Positions 56,930 through 64,000 of a DNA stretch of 64,000 nucleotides are shown here, piece after piece; position 1 is the stretch's first letter; each line of letters begins with the position of its first letter. The translations under genes and the position numbers were made by a program. The notes below the pieces were generated by a model. That model saw only the letters and a list, made by a program, of their open reading frames with translations, ran no database searches and was not told the DNA's origin. The DNA lies in IMG/VR virus record IMGVR_UViG_2693429668_000006; one strand, given 5' to 3'. The stretch comes from a virus (lineage: Duplodnaviria; Heunggongvirae; Uroviricota; Caudoviricetes).

Positions 56930-56993
56930 TAAGTAATCACTTACTTATTATAATAGCCAAATAACATACAAAAGGCACTAAGGAAAGAGGTTT

Positions 56994-58553
56994 ATGACTG
57001 TTCGGATTGTATCTAACGCAGTAAATGCGCTTATTTCTGGCGCAGATGACAAGGTAAAGCAACTGGTGCAGCAAATGTTGAGCTACGAAGTCGAGACTGG
57101 CGACTGGAAGGGCACAAGCACGATGTTCAACTGGAGTAAAAACTCGTTCCCTGCTGGCTTTGCCAAGCCTGTAGCGGCGAACTTGAACAAGGCGGGCATC
57201 AAATGTGTTCATATCCGCAAAGACAAAGCCCCGGCGCTTGGTAAACCAAATCCTGCGGTTAACCCATTCCCATACAATCCTGATTATGCGTATCAGGATC
57301 AGACTGTGGAAACACTGGTTCGAGAGGGAATGATGATTGCGCAGATCGCTACTGGTGGCGGGAAATCTAACGTTGCCTGCAAAGCAGCTGCACGTATCGG
57401 TCGAATGACATTATTTTTAACAACCCGCTCTGTTCTGATGTTTCAAATGGCCGAAAACTTCCAGAGATCCATCGACTACCGCGCCGAAAATGGCGAACCG
57501 TGGTTAAAAGACCAAAAGGTTGGAGTCATTGGCTCGGGTGAGTTCCAGGTATCACGACATATCAACGTCGCTACAGTTCAAACTCTTGCAAGTTTCCTCG
57601 AAGAACCACCACGCGATGCAACACCAGATAAGAAAAGCTACCACCTCAAACGTCGGGAGTTGGTGAAACGCTTCCTTTCAAGTGTCTCTCTTCTTATTCT
57701 GGAAGAGGCGCATGAGTCTTCAGGCTCAAATTTCTATGACATCGCCAGATTATGTGTGAACGCAGACTATCGTCTGGCGCTTACAGCCACGCCGTTCATG
57801 AAGGATTCGACGGAAGCCAACATGCGCCTGATGGCGGTGGCCGGGCGAATTGAAATTAAAGTCACAGAAAAGTACCTGATTGATCGAGGCATTCTGGCAA
57901 AGCCGTACTTCCTTTATCATAAAGTTGCCTACAAGCCAGACGAGGCCAGAATCAAGGCCGAACTTGCCAACAAACACCTCAATTTTAGAGTTGGTATGAG
58001 CACCGCCTACCAAAAGGCTTATCAGTTGGGGATCGTGTATAATTTGGGACGTAACGAGGCCATAGTGCGCGAGGCATTGCTTTATAAGCAACATTCACTC
58101 AACTGCATGACTCTGGTTCGTCTTAAACGCCACGGGCAAATCCTGATGGAGATGATGAAGGAGTCAGGTCTTAAAGTTGATTTCATCTATGGGGAATCTA
58201 ACCAGACGACAAGGCAAGCAAAGCTGAATAGTTTAGCGTCTGGTGAAATAGATGTTTTAATAGGCTCGACTATTCTGGATGTTGGTGTTGATGTGCCAAG
58301 CGTTGGTGCGGTCATTCTTGCTGGTGGTGGGAAAGCAGAAGTTGAAATGAGACAGCGTGTCGGTCGTGGCTTACGAGCCAAAAAAAATCAGGCAAACGTG
58401 TGTTTTATCACCGATTTCATTGACATTAGCAACAAATACCTGTTGTCTCACTCTTATGAGCGAAAACACATCATCGACACCACACCTGGCTTTGCAGAAG
58501 GTGTATTGCCTATTGATGGAGCATTCGATTTTGGAGTTCTGAAACGAGATTAG
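56994..58553 (+). CDS. superfamily 2 DEAD/DEAH-box-type helicase
   Basis: 519 aa; motif I IATGGGKS, motif II LILEEAHES, motif III LTATP, motif VI QRVGRGLR; strong SD AAGGAAAGAGG. Confidence 0.8.
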   Translation: MTVRIVSNAVNALISGADDKVKQLVQQMLSYEVETGDWKGTSTMFNWSKNSFPAGFAKPVAANLNKAGIKCVHIRKDKAPALGKPNPAVNPFPYNPDYAYQDQTVETLVREGMMIAQIATGGGKSNVACKAAARIGRMTLFLTTRSVLMFQMAENFQRSIDYRAENGEPWLKDQKVGVIGSGEFQVSRHINVATVQTLASFLEEPPRDATPDKKSYHLKRRELVKRFLSSVSLLILEEAHESSGSNFYDIARLCVNADYRLALTATPFMKDSTEANMRLMAVAGRIEIKVTEKYLIDRGILAKPYFLYHKVAYKPDEARIKAELANKHLNFRVGMSTAYQKAYQLGIVYNLGRNEAIVREALLYKQHSLNCMTLVRLKRHGQILMEMMKESGLKVDFIYGESNQTTRQAKLNSLASGEIDVLIGSTILDVGVDVPSVGAVILAGGGKAEVEMRQRVGRGLRAKKNQANVCFITDFIDISNKYLLSHSYERKHIIDTTPGFAEGVLPIDGAFDFGVLKRD

Positions 58554-58555
58554 TT

Positions 58556-58834
58556 ATGAGTGAAAAGAAAACAACTTACTGTCAGGTAGCATTGTCTGAT
58601 AAGGCCAATGACAAACTTGGAAAGTTTCAAGTGAAACTAAAAGAAAAAAATATCAAAATGTCTAAGGCTGAAGTCATAAATACCATTCTGGAACAATTGA
58701 CAATGGCCGACTTTGACAAGGTTATATCTTCTGTCGGGGCTTCCGCTAAGACTCGTGAGAAAATCATGCGTATCTATGAGAACTCTAATATGACAAAGGA
58801 AGATCTCGAAACGCTATTAAGCAGATTAAAATAA
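58556..58834 (+). CDS. hypothetical protein (92 aa)
   Basis: ORF track; 2-nt gap after helicase. Confidence 0.45.
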   Translation: MSEKKTTYCQVALSDKANDKLGKFQVKLKEKNIKMSKAEVINTILEQLTMADFDKVISSVGASAKTREKIMRIYENSNMTKEDLETLLSRLK

Positions 58835-58860
58835 TCACGCTATCAATTAGGGAGACAAAG

Positions 58861-59325
58861 ATGAAGTCTCCCATACTGTTCACTTTCTGTTCTAAAACTA
58901 TCATGAAATACTCGCTTCTCCCTCTACTAACGTTACCAGTGTTGATGCTTGCCGCGTGCCAATCACACCCAATATCAATCCATGACGCCAAACCAGCACC
59001 GCAGGCCAAAGTGTTAAAGTATCAAAGCGCAGCGCCAGCTACGTTGGTGGTAATGAGAGACACAGGTTTTGTAGGAGCTGGATGTGATGCTTCCATTTTC
59101 ATCAACGGCGAAACTGTCGCAAAACTGGCTACAGGCGAAAAAGCGACTTTCCATTTAAATGCCGGAGAATTAATTGTGGGTGCATCTCTTGAAGGTGCAG
59201 GTTTATGTGCTCTAAACCCCGCTCGTCAAGAGCGAGAAACGACTCTGAAGAATGGAGACACAAAAGCGTTCAGGGTGTTTACCAGCAATTCTGGTGACAT
59301 CGACATTCTGCCAACAACTCTGTGA
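58861..59325 (+). CDS. lipoprotein (lipobox LAAC)
   Basis: Signal/lipobox LLPLLTLPVLMLAAC; start may be the internal ATG (MKYSLLP). Confidence 0.55.
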   Translation: MKSPILFTFCSKTIMKYSLLPLLTLPVLMLAACQSHPISIHDAKPAPQAKVLKYQSAAPATLVVMRDTGFVGAGCDASIFINGETVAKLATGEKATFHLNAGELIVGASLEGAGLCALNPARQERETTLKNGDTKAFRVFTSNSGDIDILPTTL

Positions 59326-59329
59326 TGAC

Positions 59330-59854
59330 ATGACAACCAAAGATATTACCTACGGTATCCAAGCTGAACTCTGGCCGCGAGATTACACTAACGTTGAAAA
59401 ACTACTGATGTTCTGGCGCAGAGAACAAATTCCTGTAAGGGTCACTCTCGAAGATGGCCAGGCGTTTTGCATGTACGTTTATGGCCTCATGCCATCTCGT
59501 AACAAAGTTGACCTTTGCCCAGCCCCTTTTGACAAAGAAAATCGTATAAGGCTCCCACTTGAACGCATTAGTACAATTGAATCAGGTGTGGTTGACAGTA
59601 TCGCTCACGATTTCAAAGGTCGACTAACAGTTCACCCTGATTATGTCGATAATCGGCCATCACGCCGCGATTTTTTTGCAATTTGCAACCAAGCCTACAA
59701 AGCAAACAAATCTATAAGGGTGTACATGGCGGATGGCCGTGAAATTGAGGGGGTGTCAGCAGGCGCAGATGCTTGTCAGGTTACACTACGTGTCGAGAAC
59801 GGTAGAAAAATAGTTGTTTTGTTCGATTGGGTTGAACGAATTTTGCCTTTTTGA
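59330..59854 (+). CDS. hypothetical protein (175 aa)
   Basis: ORF-track ORF 59252-59854 trimmed to ATG at 59330 (MTTKDITYG), which begins 5 nt after the upstream stop. Confidence 0.45.
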   Translation: MTTKDITYGIQAELWPRDYTNVEKLLMFWRREQIPVRVTLEDGQAFCMYVYGLMPSRNKVDLCPAPFDKENRIRLPLERISTIESGVVDSIAHDFKGRLTVHPDYVDNRPSRRDFFAICNQAYKANKSIRVYMADGREIEGVSAGADACQVTLRVENGRKIVVLFDWVERILPF

Positions 59855-59857
59855 GTT

Positions 59858-60166
59858 ATGAAATCGATATTGTTACCACCATTATTTTTACTTTGCTCAG
59901 TTGCGGCAAATGCAATGGACTATAAGCCTGTCATTCAGTCGCTGATGAATGACGTGTGCTCAACGTCTCAGAATGTATCAGTTTGCATGTATCAATTTTC
60001 GGCAGCCGTAAAAGCAGGAAAAGCGATAGGCGAGAATGTGGAACTGTGTAAGAAAGTGGCAAATGAAGAACGGGCAATGTTGGATTGCGAATCTAGCGAG
60101 TCATCGGCACAGTTCGTTGATGCGCTATTTGACACCAATCGTAAGGCTGTAGAGTCTGTTCAATAA
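59858..60166 (+). CDS. small secreted protein (signal peptide)
   Basis: 102 aa; MKSILLPPLFLLCSVAANA signal peptide; four Cys. Confidence 0.5.
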   Translation: MKSILLPPLFLLCSVAANAMDYKPVIQSLMNDVCSTSQNVSVCMYQFSAAVKAGKAIGENVELCKKVANEERAMLDCESSESSAQFVDALFDTNRKAVESVQ

Positions 60167-60180
60167 ATCTATAAGGTTAA

Positions 60181-60208
60181 TAACCGGCTAAGTCCGGTTA
60201 TTATTTTT
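60181..60208 (+). terminator. rho-independent terminator
   Basis: Stem TAACCGG-ctaagt-CCGGTTA followed by TTATTTTT, 15 nt after stop at 60166. Confidence 0.7.
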
Positions 60209-60356
60209 CACATCACTTCTTTATATCTACAAATCAAATAACCTAAATATATATAAGGTCTAAAGCCGCAATCAATTATTTATTTAGGGAACACCTTCGA
60301 CGATCTCGCTTTTATTTCTAGGACTTTCATCCCTGCAAAAAATTTAAAAAAAACAC

Positions 60357-60384
60357 TTGCAATCTTTTTTCGCATATCGATAAT
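60357..60384 (+). promoter_or_regulatory. sigma70-like promoter
   Basis: TTGCAA, 16-nt spacer, GATAAT; about 65 nt upstream of ATG at 60450 in an AT-rich intergenic region. Confidence 0.45.
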
Positions 60385-60449
60385 TGAACTCGTCGAAAGC
60401 GAAGACGCTAACGACAATAAATTTTAAATTTACATAAGGAAAAATTATC

Positions 60450-61100
60450 ATGGCTAACATTATCATTTCTAAAAAATCCATCATTGAAGCTGCTTCCATT
60501 GTATCCGATGAACTGCGCGAAAAAGCAGATCTGGCAACTCAAACATATAACGAACATTATAAAAATGGTACGCACACTAAAGCAGACAAAGCAAATATGC
60601 AAGCTGCGACCACTAAACTTGCTTACTTCATCAACAACGTCGTAAACGCAGTAGAAGACGAAAAATTATGCTCTGTTTTCTACTATGCGATTAAAGCAAG
60701 CAAACAAGCGCCAGAAGTATTTTTCCGTGATGCAATGACTAATAGTTATTCTCTGGAAAAACTGGTTTATCTGGTTAAATCAATTAAATCTGGTAAATGC
60801 GTTTATTCCATCGCTGATATGTCTGGATCTCGTGTATTCGCTTTAATCGATATGATTAACGACGAGATCGACACGTTCACTAATGGCGCTGTTTTCGATT
60901 TAATGAATGAAGCTAAAAAAGCGTGTGAAATTAAATTGGACGCTGGTTATACTCAAGCCAACCAGTTGATCAATCTTTGCGAACGTCTTGGACTTGTTGA
61001 AAAAGTCAAAGGAGCTGGGAGCGCGAAAGCTGGTACTCAGCAATATCGCTTCATTAAAAATGATTTCTACAATTATTTAGCTGATGCTTTCAAAGCGTAA
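60450..61100 (+). CDS. hypothetical protein (216 aa)
   Basis: ORF track; own promoter; no motif recognised. Confidence 0.5.
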   Translation: MANIIISKKSIIEAASIVSDELREKADLATQTYNEHYKNGTHTKADKANMQAATTKLAYFINNVVNAVEDEKLCSVFYYAIKASKQAPEVFFRDAMTNSYSLEKLVYLVKSIKSGKCVYSIADMSGSRVFALIDMINDEIDTFTNGAVFDLMNEAKKACEIKLDAGYTQANQLINLCERLGLVEKVKGAGSAKAGTQQYRFIKNDFYNYLADAFKA

Positions 61101-61148
61101 TTAATGGAATCAAGCGCCCACTATGGGCGCTTTAAAGGAGCTTTGAAA

Positions 61149-61352
61149 ATGGTCAGCTATGACAAGATCCGCGCGGAATATCGCGCAAAGTATCGCGCTT
61201 ATAAACTAGAATTAATCGATGATTTAATCGCGCAACGCGACCAATTAAATTTTACGTTTTCTGATTTGCTTAACAGCAAGCGAGATTGCAAGCGCAAACG
61301 TGAATACTTACGTTTAAGCGCATTAATCGGAAAACTTCAAAATTCTATTTAA
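61149..61352 (+). CDS. small basic hypothetical protein (67 aa)
   Basis: ORF-track ORF 61104-61352 trimmed to ATG at 61149 (MVSYDK), which follows hairpin 61113-61131 and SD AAAGGAG. Confidence 0.4.
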   Translation: MVSYDKIRAEYRAKYRAYKLELIDDLIAQRDQLNFTFSDLLNSKRDCKRKREYLRLSALIGKLQNSI

Positions 61353-61372
61353 TTTTTTTAAGGAGCTTAATC

Positions 61373-61603
61373 ATGTTTGTTCTTATCGCTGGCGTTAACG
61401 TCCATAACGAATATTATGTTAATCGCATCGCTGGGATCGCTGGTTACGCTGGGCGCGCAGTCGAGTTTATCGATGAAACAACGCGTAAAATTGATTTATT
61501 GAGCGACCAGGAGCGAAAAAAAGCAGACGTGAACGACGCTGATATATTTTTAATGTTAAAAGCGTTTGTAGAAATGGGATTTAAAATCAGTTTACACAAA
61601 TAA
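61373..61603 (+). CDS. hypothetical protein (76 aa)
   Basis: ORF track; SD AAGGAG upstream; followed by two tandem terminators. Confidence 0.45.
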   Translation: MFVLIAGVNVHNEYYVNRIAGIAGYAGRAVEFIDETTRKIDLLSDQERKKADVNDADIFLMLKAFVEMGFKISLHK

Positions 61604-61608
61604 AATCG

Positions 61609-61632
61609 AGCGCCCACTATGGGCGCTTTTTT
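61609..61632 (+). terminator. rho-independent terminator (GAGCGCCC-acta-GGGCGCTT plus T-run)
   Basis: Hairpin then TTTTTTCG; same hairpin without T-run also at 61113-61131. Confidence 0.7.
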
Positions 61633-61653
61633 CGTTTCCAATACTTCCACAAT

Positions 61654-61680
61654 AACGCGCCATTGATGGCGCGTTTTTTA
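61654..61680 (+). terminator. second tandem rho-independent terminator
   Basis: Stem AACGCGCCA-ttga-TGGCGCGTT followed by TTTTTTA. Confidence 0.65.
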
Positions 61681-62094
61681 TTGTCTTTAACTCACTCCAA
61701 CAACATAAAAATAAGCGCCAAAATAACGCCATAAACGCGCTTTTATATCCTTACCAGTACATACCCATTACTTAACACATTAACGCGCTTAAAACGCGTT
61801 ATATTGCGCTATAGCGTATGGTTAATCATTGGCTTTTAGTCTTGCTATGTGATCCGCGTTTATTTGTCGGCGCGGATCGGCATTTTGTTTTGTTCCGTAT
61901 CCGCTCGCGTATTATGTGCGCGTGATTTTTCACATAATCACACCACTTAATCACGTATGTGATTATGCTACGAAAGAAATCTGGATGTCTCAGGCGACGA
62001 AAGTCATCATAATTTTCCCCGCTCGCCTGTCCGACAACCGCTGGTTGGATTCCACCAGCTTCCCGATGTTTTTTTCTACATAAAGGCGAATGCA

Positions 62095-62208
62095 GCCGTT
62101 TCCCGAAAAAATCCTGGCCGTTTCCCGTCGGCTCATGAATACGTTCCTCGCCGTTTCTGAAAATTTCCCTGCGGCAGCTGGTGGCTATAGAGAAAGGGCC
62201 GTTTCTGG
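62095..62208. repeat. four direct repeats GCCGTTTC(C/T)(C/T)G in non-coding DNA
   Basis: Exact 11-mer GCCGTTTCCCG at 62095 and 62117; variants at 62150 and 62198, the last embedded in hairpin GGGCC-gtttct-GGCCC. Confidence 0.5.
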
Positions 62209-62220
62209 CCCTCTTCTCAG

Positions 62221-62703
62221 TTACACGCCATCAAGGATGTGGATGCGGTTGCTTGCGTATACATTCAGCATAAAGTTAGCGCAAAACAGTTTCCATGTAT
62301 CAACGCCAGCGGTATACGTAATGTTTTTGCATTTAATCGCATTGTTGGCGATCCGCATCCCCTGCGATACTGCTTCATCGTCGGAAAATTTGAACGACGA
62401 TTGAGTTTTAATCCAGACAGAAATCTGCGTAGCGAACTCAATCAGCTTGGACTGGCAGAATCGCCCGGAGCGCACCGGAAAGACGAACGTTCCGAATCCA
62501 GAATTTACCACATATGCTTTCTCAAATACCCGCGAGTAACGACGATTGCCAATGATGTCGCGTGCAATAATGCATTTTTCTTGTGCTGACAGTTCTACCG
62601 TCTCATTGTCGCGCCATGCACCAAGTACTCGTTTTTCAATGTCAGAGAACGTTACAGCGATATTGCCATGTGCGGGTGCGTTTACAGTAGCGATAAAATT
62701 CAT
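62221..62703 (-). CDS. hypothetical protein (160 aa)
   Basis: ORF track; SD AAGGA; conserved upstream element at 62728-62785 shared with the next cassette. Confidence 0.5.
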   Translation of the reverse strand: MNFIATVNAPAHGNIAVTFSDIEKRVLGAWRDNETVELSAQEKCIIARDIIGNRRYSRVFEKAYVVNSGFGTFVFPVRSGRFCQSKLIEFATQISVWIKTQSSFKFSDDEAVSQGMRIANNAIKCKNITYTAGVDTWKLFCANFMLNVYASNRIHILDGV

Positions 62704-62880
62704 GATTAATTCCTTATCGTAAATAACAAATTGTTTTCTTGTTGGTGTTAATTATCGTTGTACGAATAAGGCGTCAAAGTGGAAAGTTGCGGTAGCCGGA
62801 CGGGAACAGGTGGGTTTGTCGGTTGCCTGGAGGTAAGAGGTTGGTGTTTTTAGCCTGCGGGAAACAGGATGGTCATTTAA

Positions 62881-62900
62881 GGCCACCAGCATTGGTGGCC
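62881..62900. terminator. hairpin GGCCACC-agcatt-GGTGGCC
   Basis: Directly downstream of stop at 62908; near-identical copy with inverted loop at 63351-63370. Confidence 0.5.
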
Positions 62901-62907
62901 TTAATCT

Positions 62908-63195
62908 TTAGTGGAGCAGACCGATGTCGATGGTATCCCCTGAATCATCCACACGGATCATCAGCATGGCAAAGGCGTTTAGTGGATAGCTTGCGTGCCA
63001 TTCAGGGAAGCGGTCATCTCGCATGAAGTCGGCAATGTCGTAAACGCATCCCTCAAAGTGGAAGAATCGCGTGCTTACCTGCTCGTCATAATCCACATGA
63101 TCCATTTCTTGCTGTTCTGTTTCCGGCAAGTCCAGCCATGATTCAAGAAATACATTTTGTGCTTTAGGGGTAATGGTGAAATCAGTCATGAGCAT
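62908..63195 (-). CDS. small acidic hypothetical protein (95 aa)
   Basis: ORF-track ORF trimmed to ATG 63195 (MLMTDFT) with SD GTGAGGAT; D/E-rich. Confidence 0.45.
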   Translation of the reverse strand: MLMTDFTITPKAQNVFLESWLDLPETEQQEMDHVDYDEQVSTRFFHFEGCVYDIADFMRDDRFPEWHASYPLNAFAMLMIRVDDSGDTIDIGLLH

Positions 63196-63350
63196 ATCCT
63201 CACTGCGTAAACATGTTGTTTTCTTGTTGGTGTAATTATCGCAGTGTAGATAAGGCATAAAAGAAGTTAATACAGGCTGAATACACAAGAAAGGTTCTGG
63301 AAGTTGATAGCCAGGTTTCAAACTAACCTTCGGTTATTAAAAGTCATTTA

Positions 63351-63370
63351 AGACCACCAATGCTGGTGGC
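63351..63370. terminator. hairpin GACCACC-aatgct-GGTGGCC (loop-inverted copy of 62881-62900)
   Basis: Downstream of stop at 63525; shares flanks CATTTAA...TTAAT with the first copy. Confidence 0.45.
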
Positions 63371-63524
63371 CTTAATAATTATCGCCCGATTACGCTAAGG
63401 ATCTTTTCCTCAACTGATTTGTTGTTGCGACTAAACTGCCTTGCGTATCTGATGACAGAAGAGGCGTTTTGCTTTCTGACCATCTCGGCTCTTTCCTTCA
63501 GGCGTTTCTTGAAATCGCCCATAT

Positions 63525-63899
63525 TTACCACCAGGCGCAGAAGGTCAGTCTGTTATTGTGAAAGTCGTGGTTCTTAATCAGATCTTCCACAAGCTCTTTC
63601 AACTCCCCCACATCATGCCAGTAACCTTCATCGTACTCCTGACTGCCGAAGAAAAAACCTTCCCGGGTAGGCAAGTACTCTTCGCAATTACTTTCGTTTA
63701 TGTGCATCAAATGAGCCTTCAGAAAACAAATGTCATTCATCGTTAATTCTAAAAGCTCACAATTTTCGACTTCACCTACGTTGCGCTCCATCCACCCAAC
63801 GAGCGCATTGAACTTACGGAAGTAAGCAACCTGCTTTCTGGATGCCTCGTTATTCAGATCGTTTTTAGGCTGTGTCTCGATATAGATATCAAGTCCCAT
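63525..63899 (-). CDS. hypothetical protein (124 aa)
   Basis: ORF-track ORF trimmed to ATG 63899 (MGLDIYIET) with SD AAGGAAA; acidic. Confidence 0.45.
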   Translation of the reverse strand: MGLDIYIETQPKNDLNNEASRKQVAYFRKFNALVGWMERNVGEVENCELLELTMNDICFLKAHLMHINESNCEEYLPTREGFFFGSQEYDEGYWHDVGELKELVEDLIKNHDFHNNRLTFCAWW

Positions 63900-64000
63900 G
63901 ATGGTTTCCTTATTAAGTTGCTTCAGTGAAATCATTTTCACAAATCAGATAAGGCAGAAAACAAATTGTTATCGGGCTTAATAAAATGGCGCGGTTTACG

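Noticed and set aside
61930-61970. Possible DnaA boxes (ATAATCACA / TGTGATTAT) in the origin-like region
   Set aside because: Each differs from the TTATNCACA consensus at two positions; kept only as part of the general inverted-repeat description, not called as DnaA boxes.
62090-62404. 104-aa plus-strand ORF
   Set aside because: Its 5' part covers the four GCCGTTTC direct repeats and the terminator hairpin of the convergent gene, and its 3' part is antisense to gene 62221-62703; treated as non-coding.

Overview
This 64-kb window reads as a tailed-phage genome that also carries plasmid-maintenance genes, i.e. a phage-plasmid; the resemblance to SSU5/pHCM2-type elements of Enterobacteriaceae is inference from gene content, not a search result. 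Nearly all genes are on the minus strand and many are translationally coupled (ATGA overlaps). Order along the window: (1) replication/nucleotide module: partial DnaE-like polymerase, CobS/CobT-like AAA+/vWA pair, XRE regulator, tyrosine recombinase, glutaredoxin, ATP-dependent ligase, primase, DnaB-like helicase; (2) a minus-strand cluster of four tRNAs followed by about 750 bp of hairpin-rich non-coding DNA; (3) AT-rich accessory genes: a membrane protein plus lipoprotein, a secreted Sel1-repeat protein, and a KAP-family P-loop NTPase; (4) ParA/ParG-like partition genes and a TacA/TacT-like toxin-antitoxin pair; (5) a putative lysis cassette; (6) a complete lambda-like siphovirus morphogenesis block from side tail fiber through J, I, K, L, M, tape measure, chaperones, major tail, capsid, scaffold, portal to terminase; (7) a tightly coupled operon of two ParB-like proteins, a stand-alone ABC ATPase and a GNAT-like protein, divergent from an SF2 helicase; (8) an array of small genes with repeated promoter-like and hairpin elements next to an origin-like non-coding region. 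The strongest candidates for something undescribed are the ParB-ParB-ABC-GNAT operon, the KAP NTPase island, and a palindromic GGTAAGTA/TACTTACC motif recurring in about 19 intergenic sites. All functional calls rest on motifs I can read in the translations; no database search was run.
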